Shown here one piece after another: positions 47,001 to 60,459 of a stretch of 64,000 bases of DNA (position 1 is its first letter; each line of letters opens with the position of its first letter). A program made the translations under genes and the position numbers. The notes under the pieces were generated by a model. The model had not been told where the DNA came from and made no database searches. It worked only from the letters and a program-made list of their open reading frames with translations. The DNA lies in contig CAJINV010000010.1 in NCBI GenBank assembly GCA_905178155.1, positions 2,872,587-2,936,586 on the forward strand. Direction: 5' to 3'. The DNA comes from Amoebophrya sp. A120. Taxonomy: Eukaryota > Protista > Dinoflagellata.

Positions 47001-48755
47001 TGGATCCGGCAGCGACCTTCTGCACGGTGAAGTATCCTGTGCAAAAATATCGTACTCGTACCAATGCAAGTCTTGCATTACAAATCTCGTTTCCAAGGCA
47101 GTTCCGCATTACAAATTTTATTCTTCATGCTGAGGAAATTTGTAATGCATTTATACGAGTACGATACTTTTGCAGTTCATATGAAGCCACACACTGCGAG
47201 CTTCGCGGCTGCGATGGAGAGCCCCGTCATGATGATCTCGAAGTGGCAGATATCACAGGAAAAAGCGTTAGCGTCAACAGAACTTGTGAAGATGCAGGAA
47301 CGCATCAGGGAGGAATGGCGCCTGAATTTGTATTGCATGGCATGCATTCTAGGCAAAATCTGTCATGCATAGCTGCAATCTCTGAAAACCGTTATACGTT
47401 AACACTTTTTTGTTTGATAGCAGATGTCCCGGAAATTCGTGAAGGTTTTCGGGTCGATGGGTTTGCGCTTGGTCGAAAACCCCGAGGCCCAACGAAGTAT
47501 CCAAGTAGAAAAAAACCCACCGGGTTGCAATGCGGAGCGCAAATAAGCTCATCTTGATCAACTTGTCACGCCGTATGTCTATACAGCACCCTCTCTTCAT
47601 TCATGATGCATGACCATGATTATGATATTATTTGCTGCTGGTGGCGCATGATGACCATTAGCTTTTTCCTGTCATGATGTGAAAGAAATATTGTAAGTAG
47701 GCTACTTCTCGTCTCCAACTGTCACTACACTGTATTTTTTTTCCTGATGGATACTGAGCAAGGGAACTCTGCTGATTTCCACGACAGCACCAGAGGAGGA
47801 CGCGGTACTCGCGGTCTCCCTGTTTCTCCGGCCTGCCGATGTCGGAGATTCATCTGGATCCGGTAATGGACGGGGCGAGGGGACCACCTCACGCCGCTTA
47901 CCTCGGCTTGACCCAAGATCTGCGATACTGGTTGAGGACACTTGATTGGTAGCTTCACACAGGTCCATCAAGAAGTATAGCGTTCTCAAACGTTTACATT
48001 GATCACAGTGACGATGATTTCTTGGTGATTTGTCATGCAGATGAACCTGCGTCACATTCCGCGCTGCACGAGCATGATCAAGCTACTCCGCATGCTAAGT
48101 TCTTTCCAGTGCGCTCAACAAGATGGAAATTCGCCGCGAATTTGTCATGCAGGAAGCGCAAGGTTTTGGTTTTCCCTGTTGCGGTTTGTGATCTTCAATG
48201 TAGGAACAACGTTTGAGAACGCCATAAGGAAAACAGGTCCTGGAGATACGCATGGCCGTGGAACGCGATTTGCTCTGCATTCAAAAGTATGCATTGCGAA
48301 TATGATGTCTGAGCCTGGATCTGGAAGAATTTCTCATGCGGGGTAAGTAACTAGGCACTGATATGGAGCGTACTTCTCATCAAATAAACCTACGATGCTT
48401 TGCGAAGCCATCATCTATCTGTTCCAGGAAATGCATGACAGACAAAGTGGTCCTGGTCACTCTACTTCCAGACTTCTGGTGCCCAGGGCCAGACATAAAG
48501 AATAAAATTGTACTTGCATTTGATAGACAACGAAGCCTCCGGGTCACGCAGGGCCCGGACAAACTGCTTCCGGTTGGCCGAGGCCTTCAGCAGCGGCTGC
48601 TTGTTTCGAGCTGGAATGAAGTCATGAAAGGCGATCGCCGTGCTGGGCTCGGGAAACGGGACCGGGATGGGGTGAATTAAGTTGACCACGGGAGAAGCTG
48701 TGCCCGGGGTGGGGGTGGAGGTGGTCGCACTCGCACGACGACTAGCTGCTGACAT
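44050..48755 (-). CDS. Multi-exon helical protein, possibly BRO1/BROX-like; 3' part unresolved
   Basis: Frame is continuous across the elements at 48288, 47976 and 46254; the BRO1 resemblance is an impression only. Confidence 0.45.
46254..46418. mobile_element. Introner family B (diverged)
   Basis: TIR with a small insertion, repeat TGAAT/AGAAT; removal gives VANGFKAEEL. Confidence 0.8.
47033..47181. mobile_element. Introner family B
   Basis: TIR, repeat TGAAG. Confidence 0.9.
47976..48226. mobile_element. Introner family D (degenerate)
   Basis: TATAGCGTTCTCAAACGTT...AACGTTTGAGAACGCCATA; repeat AGAAG/AGGAA. Confidence 0.8.
48288..48525. mobile_element. Introner family A (degenerate)
   Basis: Interrupted family A TIRs; repeat no longer matches; removal of the element plus 5 nt gives EASLSNAEQ. 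Confidence 0.7.
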
Positions 48756-51700
48756 GATGATGTCGCCAATGTATCAGTAAGAGGCTCGTATAATTAGTCA
48801 AAAAATTAGAAGAGACGTAGTAGTAGATCTAGATGTCTTTTCTTTGCGTGTTGCACGACAGTGATCACCGTGCGAAAATAAACCAAAGCGAGATCTCCTA
48901 AATTCAGTAAAAAAATATAAGTGCGTCGTTTTTCATTTCCCCGCCATTGTCGAGTAGTAGGAAAATCGAAACTACTGTTGCTCTGCCTTCTATATTTGAT
49001 GTGCAATTCCATCTTCCCCGCCAACGTTCAACAGCAGCTGCTGCGGCCGTGCGATGCCAAACTGCAATCGAGCCGATTTTTTTCTCAATTCCTAATCTTC
49101 GTGAAGTCAGGATCGTAGCTGTACAAACCAGCGTTGTCATGCGACGCCCGTCGCGCAGGACCAAATCGTGACAGGCAAGAAGACCCAAGAACTGCTGCTC
49201 TGCAATACTGTTCAAACGACTCGACTCTCATTCACATTTGTCAAGATCTTAGAGCGGTGCATTCCGAGCACGACGTTGTGCTGTGTAAATAGCAGAAGCA
49301 CGACGAAGACGAACTACTTCGCAGATGCAAGGCCACTAGAACTACTTCGAGGAAAATTCGGAAACTGCAAGGCCACTTCTAGGCCGCACACACGAAGGCC
49401 GAAGTTTAAAGACTTCTTCTGGTGTTGGTTCCTCCGTGTCAATCGAATCTTTTTGTTGCTGGTGCCATAGTATCTATTAATGGAAAATCGCGCTCAGTCG
49501 TACAGTAATTCGGGAATGCTAGAATTTTTTGATTTCGCTTACAGTCCAAATAATAAAATGGCAACGCAATATTTATTCATTTTTCTTCCTTTTTTTTTCT
49601 TGGTTTCGTTCCTTCGTGTTCTTCAAGCGCAGCTGTGATGTTCATGTTCGTGCTGAGCGCTGTATAAGCAATTTGACTTCGTCACCGTCATCTTCACCCA
49701 CGGACTGGCGCTCTCCTGTGCGCCGCTCCGCTGCGTTGTAAATTTCATCGGTTGATCTTGATGACTTTGAAGACGGAGTAAAGTTGTCTACCTCGACGTT
49801 CAACGGAAGGAACGGACTGAAACAGAGGACTAGTGCATCTCGAGGATCACAAGTTCGAGTCAGATCGGAAACAATTTTCTCCGTCTCGGAAACTGAAGCC
49901 CCTACTTTTACAACGCTCATAGTCAAAAACAAAAAAATGCTAGGTGAGACAATAACAAACACAAAAATAAAAAGTAACTCTTTTATAAAGCAAGTTTCGT
50001 AGTAAAGGTCAAGTAGATAGTAGTATATTCTTCAATTCACAAGAGTAGGAAGTGTCAAGCCAACATTCAATTTCAAGTCTCAAAAATAATAGAAGCAATG
50101 ACAAAACATGACGTGAAGCTACAGAAATACTAGGACAGATGAAAGATTAATGTACGTGGTGGTGCAGAGCCAGAGTTGTTGCAATTTTGAACCTCAATCA
50201 ATATGATGTTATTTGAAAAAAGACCGCGTGAAGTTACAATTTGCGTGCTTAAAAATGTGAAAAGCTTTGCTCCTGTTTAAAGTGGAAAATGCGAGCTGTA
50301 GCGTTTCTCGAAAATGTAAACTCAAGAGCAATAGAAACGGATGGCGAGCAAGTGCGATGAAGCTGATTAAAGTCGTTGCAAGAAAATGGAGATGTTGTAA
50401 TTGAACAAGTTGTGAAAAAAATACAATGAAAATGGTTCGCCTCGTCGACTGGCACTGGGAACTTCAACGAAAGAAAAGTAAAAAAACTCCAACCTCCCAA
50501 ATGCTAGAGTTACAAATTTGTTCTGAAGAGCATCAAGCATCAGTTCGGTGCTGTTACTCAAACCGACAAAATTGAAAATTAGCGCTGGCAGCTCCTTTCG
50601 TGTGATTGCACTGGGCAGTTCGAAAAAAATCGCGCTCATGATCGTGAGGTCCGGAAAAAGTAGCTTAGTGGAAACAAATGCTCTGCTTTGGGCGGCAGCC
50701 CGTTATTTAAGCGTCTTTATTGTTCAACGCCGCGTGCTCCAGTTCATCTCTATGCACGCGAAACAAATAGAGAAAAAAAAAAAAACGTTGCGCTACATAG
50801 GTGCCCTCGACGTATCGTGAGTCCATGTAGGACGACCGCTGTCCGTAGTATGGACTTGGCTACAACCCCGCCCGAAGGTTCCAACTACAAGCACTATCCT
50901 CGCGAACGAGTTCTTGGTCAAGTACATCACGAAAAAGGCCTCTGTCTGGCAGAGACACTGCGACGACATGCCGGTAGCGGATTTGATGGAGGGCACTTTC
51001 CCGCCTTCCCGCTTCGACAGGCAAGGCAACGCCTTCGTCCCGCTTTCACAGTTAAGGAGCAACGGGCCCGTCGCCTTGGTGTTCACTCTCAGCACCTGGC
51101 TCTCCGCCGTCTTGCAGGAACGAGCGGGACCCGCCCCACGTGGGCTGCAGCCCTTGTCCTGGTGGCAAACTCGACACAACAGGAAAACCGCTGACGCTTG
51201 GACCGAAAGGACCTCCCGAAACTTGTGGCGTCGACGAAAAACCACTGCTGGCGCTGAGGCTGCTGTAGCTCCTTGTGGGGCCCGCCTGCGCTTGTCCCGG
51301 CGCCGAAAAGGCATAAGGAGAAGCTTGGGATGCAACAGACCGCGGCCGGGAAGCGAGCTGTGCAGGGGGCAGCGGTAACAAACTGGACCCGGGGTGCACC
51401 AATGAGCCACTGCTGCCGGGGGTCTGTGTTCCCGACGAAATAGGAATAGGGCCGACAACGGATGAATCACTTCGACGGCTCGCCCCGCCGAAGACGGTGC
51501 GCAAACTTGCTCCAGGCGCGGAACTGCGGCTCGACGAAGAACCACTGCTGGCGCTGGGGCCGAGGCTCCCACTGAAACCTGCTCCAGAACCAGTCATGAA
51601 AGTGCGGGCGAGAAGCTGGACGGGTTGTGAATTTGAAACCACACCACGCAGACGGGAGACGGCCCCCGGCCCCTATGGAAATTGCAAACACACTCGAGAC

Positions 51701-52152
51701 AGACACCCCATCCGCTGCGCAAGCGCGGCCGGGTCGGCGCAAAGATATTCAAACGGGACGGAATTCTTGGGAGTTCTGCCCCCGTCTTTTTGGGGCCTGC
51801 TCTCCCCCTCTCCCAGTTCGACGAAAAACACAAATCATAGTAGCTCGGATTCTCGGCCCTTTTTGTGCCTGCCCGTCTGCAATTTTGGTGGGTGCCGAGC
51901 AGGGCGACCCGCTCTATAGAAGTGGGCGCCCACCCAGCGCCAACACCTACGAGGCGACGCGACAAAATGATGAGGCGCACTCCCGGTTTCAGTAGGTGCT
52001 GCTGCACCAGGTGCTACGGCGGTCGGGAAGGCGTCAAACAACCACCCCGGCACCGTGGCCATGGTCGCGCTGCCAGCGCTGGCGCTGTCAATGCATGAAA
52101 TGCCAGTCGTAGTCGCATCCGACGTGGCCCTAAAATACATGTATGCAGCTAA

Positions 52153-52207
52153 GAGTCTCGGAGCCTTGTAGCAAGCTTCCGAAGCTTGCTACAAGGCTCC
52201 GAGACTC
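52153..52207. repeat. Perfect palindrome, 27-bp arms with a 1-nt centre
   Basis: GAGTCTCGGAGCCTTGTAGCAAGCTTC-C-GAAGCTTGCTACAAGGCTCCGAGACTC. Confidence 0.95.
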
Positions 52208-53778
52208 CAATGTTGCTACAAGGCTCACACACGAAGCTTAGCTTCGTAATATGACATTGGCTCTAATGTTGAATAAAGTACTTTCTTCTCGAAGATCCAT
52301 CATGCCCCTGCAAATGTGGGTCCCACTCCCATGCCCAGGTGGGAGACAGACAACGAAACGAATAGCGGCACGAGAGAACATACGAAGGGGACGGCTGGGA
52401 AGCTCTACGCCGACGGCCAGGAGAGCGAGAGGAACATCTCGCTGCGCACTAGCAACAGAAGCTTCCAGTATGGCTACTTACAGAAAAAGACATACGCAAG
52501 CAACCCAGCGCGCGGCCCTACAAAGAAAACAAGGGAAGCGCTAGCGGGCTCGGCGGTTTGACCAGATACAAGGGGACACGCCCAACTACACTTTAAGTGG
52601 TGCGCGTATCCCCCTGTAGCGCTTCGCGCTTCATGATCCTCGCTAGACGAAAAACAGCGCTGGAGGGTCAAGTGAACATCATACGTTGGCGCCAGCCTAT
52701 CGAACCAAAACCACGAGCAACAAGAGCAGAGGCAAACAGAGTCAGATCATGGGGGAAAGGCATCGGCGAGATGACGGCACCACGAGGGCAGTCAGAGTTT
52801 TTGGGGGCGGCCCAGTCGAAAAGAGGCAGATGGCCACCCGTCGAACAAAACGGGGCTGATACAATACGCACCAGAAAAAAACAACACATCGCAACCGCCG
52901 GCCCACAGTGGTGCCACGGCTGCCGAGGCGCCGCCGCTCCCTTACTCAGTGCCAGGTAGGACGGGGTCGGAGGGCCCGCGCCACCCCTTCGGGGGCTCTT
53001 AGTATGCTTACCCGGTGCCACAGCCCACACTACAAGCGCCTGGGCTGGCGCGGCTTTGCGGCAACTGACAGAAGGCAAGGAACACAACACAGTGCCCGGC
53101 TCGGCGAAACATCTTTCGGGCTACGGGGTCAGGCCCAGCCCCAGCCAATCCTTCCTACCACGATAAAAGGCGCACGCGCCGGGCCCTTGGATCCAGCCAG
53201 AACTGCAAAGCGCTGCCTTCTACTCCGAAACCCCCAACAAGCCGCCCCACTTTAGTGGATGTGGCGTGCTGTCCAGTAGATGAAAAAACGAACCCGCTCC
53301 ATACGTTTTTTAGATAAATGCTCTGGATTTTCGGGTCGTTTTTGGGAATTGTATAATCGCCCGCCGAAAAAACGCGGCCCCATTTAGATCCTGGCACGCG
53401 AAGGGGTTTTCCAGACCTGGGACTCTCGTCTGTGTCCGCGCGCGCCTGTCGTAAGGAAAAGTCCCCCCTTCCCCGCCCATATTCTAAAGGCGGCCTCTCT
53501 TTCGCAATTTGCGTACGCAAGTCGCCTTGCATTGCTACCGGGCAAAAGACGCACGCGCGGCCTACTTTGCGAGCAATCTGTAGCGCTGCTTCGATTTCTG
53601 GCACCAGTCAGTGCAGTTGTGGGCTCCTCTAATCCTAAAGTCGCAACGCCTTGCCACGCCAGACAGGATTCGAATCCGCATCCCTTTCCTTCTGGCATGG
53701 CAATTTGATATAATTCGTGGGCGCAAATCATGCTACATAAGTCCCGCTTTGCGGTTGGGGACGGGGGGTTTTTCAGTT

Positions 53779-55836
53779 TCATAGCTTCGCGATGTATTTT
53801 GGCTGCGGCGCGTCCTTCCCTCTTGTCGTCTTCAACAGCTTGCTTGCTGCGAGGTAGGGTAGCCCCTTGCTCGAGAGCTCGATTGGATCAGAAATGTAAT
53901 TTGTGTAGAACATCTCGTCGCCCAGGTTCTCCTTGGCAATCAGCAGGCTGGACCCGAAGTTGTTGCGTAAAGCCTCCGGCTCACCAAAAAGCTCAGCCAG
54001 CGTTCGCGCAGCCGCGTAAAGATCGAATGGCGGCCCGAACTGCGGCGTGTAGTCGTGGAGCGGCGTGGAGCGGAAGTCATGACCGTCGGCCCGATACCGT
54101 AAGACTGGGTTAAAGAAAACAGCGGTTCCGGCAATGTCGCGGCTCAGATCGATGCCAAACATGACCGGCATCTTGTCATCTTCGACGGCAACAAAAGAGG
54201 ACAAGCCAAAATCAAAGAGCTTCACCTGTCGATACGTCGGATGCCCGCTGCTGATCACAAAGCCCATGTTCGACAATTTGATGTCGTTGTGCACAAAGCC
54301 GAGCGGGAAAAAGTCATCAAAAAAGTGTGCGTACAGGTTTTTCGCAAGATCTCCGGCGACAGACAAGGCCCCCTCAATTTGCTTGCTGCGTCGCTGTTCT
54401 TCGTCTTGGGACTCTTTCCCTTTGAGCTCAACCGCGATTTCCAGCTCTTCGACGAAAAATCCAAAAACCGTGTGAGTAGGGGTCAATGCGTATCCTACAG
54501 AAAAAAGGCCAAAAACGTAGCGCAACTGCAAAAAAAAATACAAGGCGAGTACAAGCTTCTTCGATAGTCTTCAACAAAAAATACAAAGAGGACTTTTCCG
54601 TCTTGTCTGCCTCACACTACTACACCCTCGACGCTCTCCTGTCGCAGGCATAGATTTTTCTGCCACTGCATTTTTGCATTGACATGAAATGCGACACGCT
54701 AGCTTTTTTCTGAAAGATACTTGGCCTGGTGAGACCACTTTCGCGTTCTGCAGTGCTGCGAGATGCTGGTCGTCGACATACTGCGACACCATAACTCGAT
54801 GCACGTGAGCAACCGAATCGGGAACAGCCGCTGTTAGTACCAAGTTAAACACGATTTCCGTGAAGGCTTCGTCTCCACACACATGAGGTTGAGGCGCCTG
54901 CTTTTGTAAATGCTCGGGCAGCGCATCGACAAAGTGCGGACACGCAATCATCTTCACAACTTGACGCTGCCTCGTCCCGTCTTGCTTTTGGTTCTTCAGT
55001 TCATACGCAGCTCCAAAAGTGCCCGCCCCCAATCGCTTGCCCAATGTCGAGTAAATTTTGCTTCCCGCGGTCTGCATATTCAGCCCGGGGTAATAAATAT
55101 ATTGCCCCTCGAAATCCGCAACGGTCTTGGCGTTGGCGTTCTTGTATCCTTGTAACTGGCTCACTTGTAACTGGCTCAGCTGACCTTCGACAAGTACGGA
55201 GTCAAGTTTTGTGTCCCAGAAGTTCAAACGAGCTTCCTTGCCGGCGACCCCAGGAGGCAAGCCTACTGGCCCTTTTGCAGCTTCGGCGGTAATCTTTTCA
55301 AAGGTTTTCGGCCCCTTTTTTTCCATCGACCTCAGTGTGTCCTTCGTTTTCTGCTTCATCACCGTATACAACTCGTACTCGCCTTGCTTCTTTCCCACCG
55401 AGGCACTGTCGAACAAAGCCTGCGTAAACCACTTTGCCTGGCCTGACCCACGATCACCGGCATGCCAACTTGCAACCCCTCGGGGGGCGGGCGCCATCAT
55501 GGCAAGGGGTAAGTGGCCCATGACCGCCGCTGGTGCTGATGCTCTTCCTTGAACAAACTGCCGAGGAACATTTGGCCCCGAATTCGAAGAACCGGACGGA
55601 TGAGAGCCATAAGCTGGTGGATATCCAGGTAAAGCAGTAGTACTTGCTCGAACAAGTTGTCGCTGCGACCCATCCGACGTTGGCAGCTGCACAGGCATCG
55701 ACACCGGACTCATTGTCCGTGGCGGGGCACTTCTGGGATCCAAGGGTTGAAAGGCTGCTGGATATCCATGTAGTACTAAACCACCAGCACTAGCCGACAT
55801 TGACCGCTGCAGAACCGGAGGCGGACGTGCTCCCAT
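53779..55836 (-). CDS. Divergent eukaryotic protein kinase, probable GT-AG intron at 54526-54720
   Basis: LGAGTFGAAY, VVKMI, FVHNDIKLSN, LFDFGL; start and end uncertain. Confidence 0.8.
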
Positions 55837-57479
55837 GGGCGGGAGCGCCGCAGGCCAGCTCTCCAGTGTCGAAAATCCCGCGGCCCCAGCGGCCCCCGCG
55901 ATGTCGCTTCGATCTTTAATATAGACCGCTCACCTGTGTTGCCAACTTCGATGAAAGTGTGGCGGCCTATTCCTTATAAGTGCGACCGATGAAGAGGAGC
56001 ATTATACAGTGAGAGATGAAAAAGACTGCTTTTGTAGTACGACACGGCGCGGGGCGCGGGCGTGCCCGACTGTCGTCCAATTTCCCCCGGATCTCCTCAA
56101 AAGCCCGGACTATCAAGCATGCTCTAGAACGCCCGATATCATGCTGCTAGGGCGCACGGCGTGGGAGTTCGTGCACGAAAATCCGCTCGTTCTACTCAGG
56201 AAGAGAACCAGAGCGAGATATTGCAATGCATGAAAGTGGCCGAGAACATCAAACCTTACACCATCAAAACTACAAGTTGCGCACTTCTCCTGTTCGTCTA
56301 CTAGTTCAAAAGGATGCCACAATACATGACCTTGTCAACAGCAAAGGTGGCTGACATACTCTTCGCAATCCTCCGCAGCACACCCGTTCCCGTGCTCGTG
56401 GTTGAGAGGCCCGTCAACTGTTGTGTTGTCTTGGTTATATCAATTTTGAGGTGTACAAAAAGAAGGTGATAGGGCTAGAGGAAATCATTGCTTTTTGATG
56501 CACGACCACGCTCCCGCACTGCTCCACTTGCAAGATGAATCTTGTTGCCAATCTGACTTGCACTGTCCTGTGTGCCACGACCGCTAACACTATTCGGATT
56601 TGAGAAACAATCACAAATGAAATACATACAATTCCAATTCTCACAAGCCCGAGGCCTCCCAGTAGTTGAGGAGCTCTGGCGCTAGATCGCTAACACCTAG
56701 GCACAAAGTGGGACTGGAACGTTTCGGGGCTACGACAGACGAGAAACGAGACTATCACTATTCCGTTTCGCCTGCCGCTACAAAATGCTTGAGCTTTGAT
56801 CGATTTTCCTTCGTAAACCAACATGCACATGCTGTAGTTTTTTTAACTGTTACCTTCCGCAACGGGCAGCTTTCGATTTAGCGCCCCGGCGGCGTGATGA
56901 TGGTCATCCAACACTGCAGCTTCCTCATTTATAGCAATTGAAAAGTAAGCCCAGCACCCGAACCCAGCCACATAAAAAAAAATAAATAAGACCTATCTTG
57001 TGTACTTATTAAAGCGGTCCAGTAAAGATAGCAATCAAAGCAGTTGCCCTGCGGGCCTCCGTCTCGCACGAAACTCCATAGAAGCAGGAAGCTTCGGCTT
57101 AAGCTTCGGCTTCGGCATAATCGCACTGCCGCTTTCCCTTGTCGCTTCCTTCGTAACCATGCGACTGTAGCTTTTTTCGAGCTCGTACCTTCTCAGAGCT
57201 GCACGATAAAGAGTTCGCTACTTTGCCACAAGCAAAATGATGGGATGATGATGAAACTGAAGTACGCATACCAAAGATATATAATACTTCTCGTGTCTGG
57301 CTTTCGTCCGTACGGATGTCTCAATCTCCTGCAGAACTAGCATCAGTGTGAGTGAGTGTTATTAACGGACGCCGCGACAACAGAAGTCTTTAATTTCATG
57401 CTGCTCCTCCTCGTCTTTATCTGTGGGCCCACCTGAGGGTACTCTTATGGGGCTGGTGGCGGCGCGGGCCCATTCTCAA

Positions 57480-60459
57480 TTAGGATACCCTCGTGAAGCT
57501 TCTCGACGCGTTGCCGGGCTGCTCCTTCGGTGTGGGCACCATGAACGTGCTGATCCGGTGCGGCTGTGACACCCCCGGCGGACGACGGCGAGGACGACCC
57601 CGGCAGGGATGCCGACTCTGCGAAACTGGCTGCATCAGCGGCCGCATTGACATCATCCTCTGTAAAAGCGTACCCAATTATACCCGACCTGCTTTGTCAT
57701 GCAGAACAAGGTCCGGCATGCGCACGCGCACGCGCATGATTGGAAGACATTCTCACATGCGAGAATTCCAACCATGATTGCTTGTTTCCATTCATATTTG
57801 ACAAGGAAGATTTATTTGCATCCTCTACTCAGGAGACAGGCGTGGATCATTTGTGACTTAAACACACCCCACGACTTTTTGCTGTAAACATCGAAATCTG
57901 TGGTCATGGGAGTTTGTTATGTGGTGCGAAGACTCGCAGGAAGACGTCTCGACCTGCGCACAGGCAAACCTGCTATTTTGATGCCACCTCCATGGGCTGG
58001 ATAAGCTTTTTACGCAGCATAAGCGGCGGGCACAGGAGGAACGCGTTCATCTCCAACTGGACGCGAAGATTCAGATTCAGTCGTCGGCTTGAAGTCATTG
58101 TGATCATGAGGAGGATCTGCATCTTCAACCGGAGCAGGGAACAAGTCCGAACCCTTCTTCGCATGTCCCGTTTCATCACTGCCGTCCCCCTCGGTAGCAG
58201 CTTTGGAAGCAACACGAGGGTCGACATTCTTCTTGTGCAACAGTGAAGACGAGCCGTCGCTTTCAGTGGTTTTGCCCTGCGCAGCCGGCTCCGTGAGGGC
58301 AAACGAAGTTTTCGCGGTGTGAGCTATGGAAGACAAAATAACCCTCGTCGACGATCTGTACTTCTATCCAGAGAATACAAAAAAAAGAAGGCCTGTACAA
58401 GTTCAAATTCTAGTTGTTGTGCTTATAGTCCTACTACTTGCTACTTCTACTTTTTCTTACCGCGTGCTGGACGTCGTGGTAGCATTACAAACCATTCCAA
58501 ATTGCCATTGCGGCGTGTGAACAACAAGTTGTGGAAGGTGATTTTTCGATGGATACCCGTATTCGCATTGACGTCTTCAGCCGGTTCAGATGTAGTGCTA
58601 GTCGTAGTGGGATCAGACGTTTGTTCGTCAATCTGCCGGGTAGGAACGCTGGGACCACCCAAAGGATCCGTTCGTGTATCACAGTGTTCAAAAACTACTT
58701 CATCTATGTACAATATGTTGCCCGCCCACAGCACGAGTGATAAACCTCATCAATAACCACGACACTGTTGGGGTTCTCGACGTAACAGTAGTACGACTAA
58801 AAGTAAGTAGGGTAAAAAAGCTGTCACTTTGCTCGTTGTGCATCGTTTCTCCAAGGTAACAACGCAACAAAAGACTCGGACGCTATTCCAGATTAAACAC
58901 TGGAAATCCGTATAGACCACCTGCGACTGCTGAAGAAATCTTTATCAATAAATGCCAATCTAACTCGTTCGGGGGGCGACTGCATGATTAGAAGTAGTTG
59001 TAGTTTTTTTGATACTGTTTTTCCAAGAAGTCGGTCGCAGAGGTGGATGCTGGAATCGACGGGGAAGCGGAGGCAGTCGTAGCGGAGTTGTGTTATGCGA
59101 TCGAAAACCGGCGTGACCCCTAGTCCATCTAGGTCACAAGGCCCGCCACTTTGCAGACCTCAGGATGTGATGGCCCGTCGCACTATTTGGGAAAGCAAGA
59201 GTCCGCTGCTGCACAGAAACGGCATCATGACAAGAATAGCTGAGAACAGCAAAGATGAGCAAATATCATGCTGCAACTTGGTTGACCATCTCGGATCTCT
59301 TCATTACAAAGGACTAAAGCCGGTTTTCAAAATTCTGATACGGAATGATCCTGCTGTTGTTCCGAGAAATGCGATCCCTCCGACGTGTCCGACGCACCGC
59401 CACTCACCTGCGGCGCCACGTCACGACCTGCATCTTCAACATCGCCCGACTTCGAAGAAGATTGAGATTCCGAATTGAAGCTTTCCGAACGACCATCCCC
59501 CACGGTCGTTCCTGCCGCACCGGCTTCCGCTTTCGGCGTAGTTTTCTCGGTCTCCAAAAGGAAGCTGGTAGAGGGAGCAGCAGTGCCGGCACCAACATCC
59601 TCTCCAGGAATAAGAGGAGACGTCGAAGACGTCGCCACGTGCTGCCCGGCGGGGTCCGGCCCTTGCGGGGCTGGATTTTCGACGGTAGAAGAAGGTTTCG
59701 CGACGTCACCAAGAACAGCCCGGTCCTCGTCTGGCGCTGGGGCCGGCGACGGGTCAGCAACCTTCTCGTCGGTCTTGCCACTCGAGGTTGTGGTCGCCCC
59801 CGTTTGGAAGAACGAGGAAAACCAACCGGAGGCTTGTTGCAGCAGCCAGTGACGCTTGGCGCCCGGCCGGGGCGACAGGAACTTCCGCTCTTGTTGTTGT
59901 GGTTGCATCGGTGGGGCTGTGATCCAGTGCAAATATGGCGTCCTGGGGCTCGTCCCCTGGAAGTAGTAAATGAAAAACAAAAACTTGTGATGCTTGGCAG
60001 GCACCATTGCAGAAGTGCGGTGGTCACTTCTCTGATGAGGAAGTTGAGCCAGCATCACAAATTTATTCGCGTTCCAGAACGAGACCCCAAGTTTTCATAT
60101 TTGCAATGCATAGGAGCTGCGACAACAGCTGAGGTCTCCGTGCTGAAGGTCGCGCCGGCGATCAGAGAGTCAGGCTTGGCATTGGAGTTGTTTTCCCCAT
60201 TGTCGACAACGATGCCGCTTTTGACCAAAACGGCAGGCGGCGACGGCGTACCACGATGCGCAGCTGCAACATGAAGTTCATCTTGGCCTGGGGCTGGAGC
60301 AGCAGCATTCTCAACCTCACCAAGCCCGGCAACCTCCACGACGGCCACTGGCAAAAGAAACACGGATGGTCCACCAGCAGCGACGAGAGCAGAGGCCGCT
60401 TTGCCAATCTTATCCTGTGTAAAAAGCGTGCTGAGCTGCGCCCATCTGTACTTCTCCAT
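57480..60459 (-). CDS. Hypothetical multi-exon low-complexity protein
   Basis: Start MEKYRWAQL; frame joins across the 59918-60112 element (VAAPPMQP); downstream exons unresolved. Confidence 0.45.
59918..60112. mobile_element. Introner family H (single copy in this window)
   Basis: Imperfect TIR TGCAAATATG....TGGGG.CTCGT...CTGGAA, repeat GGGGC/GGAGC. Confidence 0.75.

Noticed and set aside
743-47557. Apparent small-protein family with [25 protein letters not shown] or CKSIVLV motifs in the ORF track
   Set aside because: These are translations of the non-coding element ends in various frames.
50260-50700. AT-rich stop-interrupted stretch as a decayed gene or transposon
   Set aside because: No motif I can identify; insufficient support.
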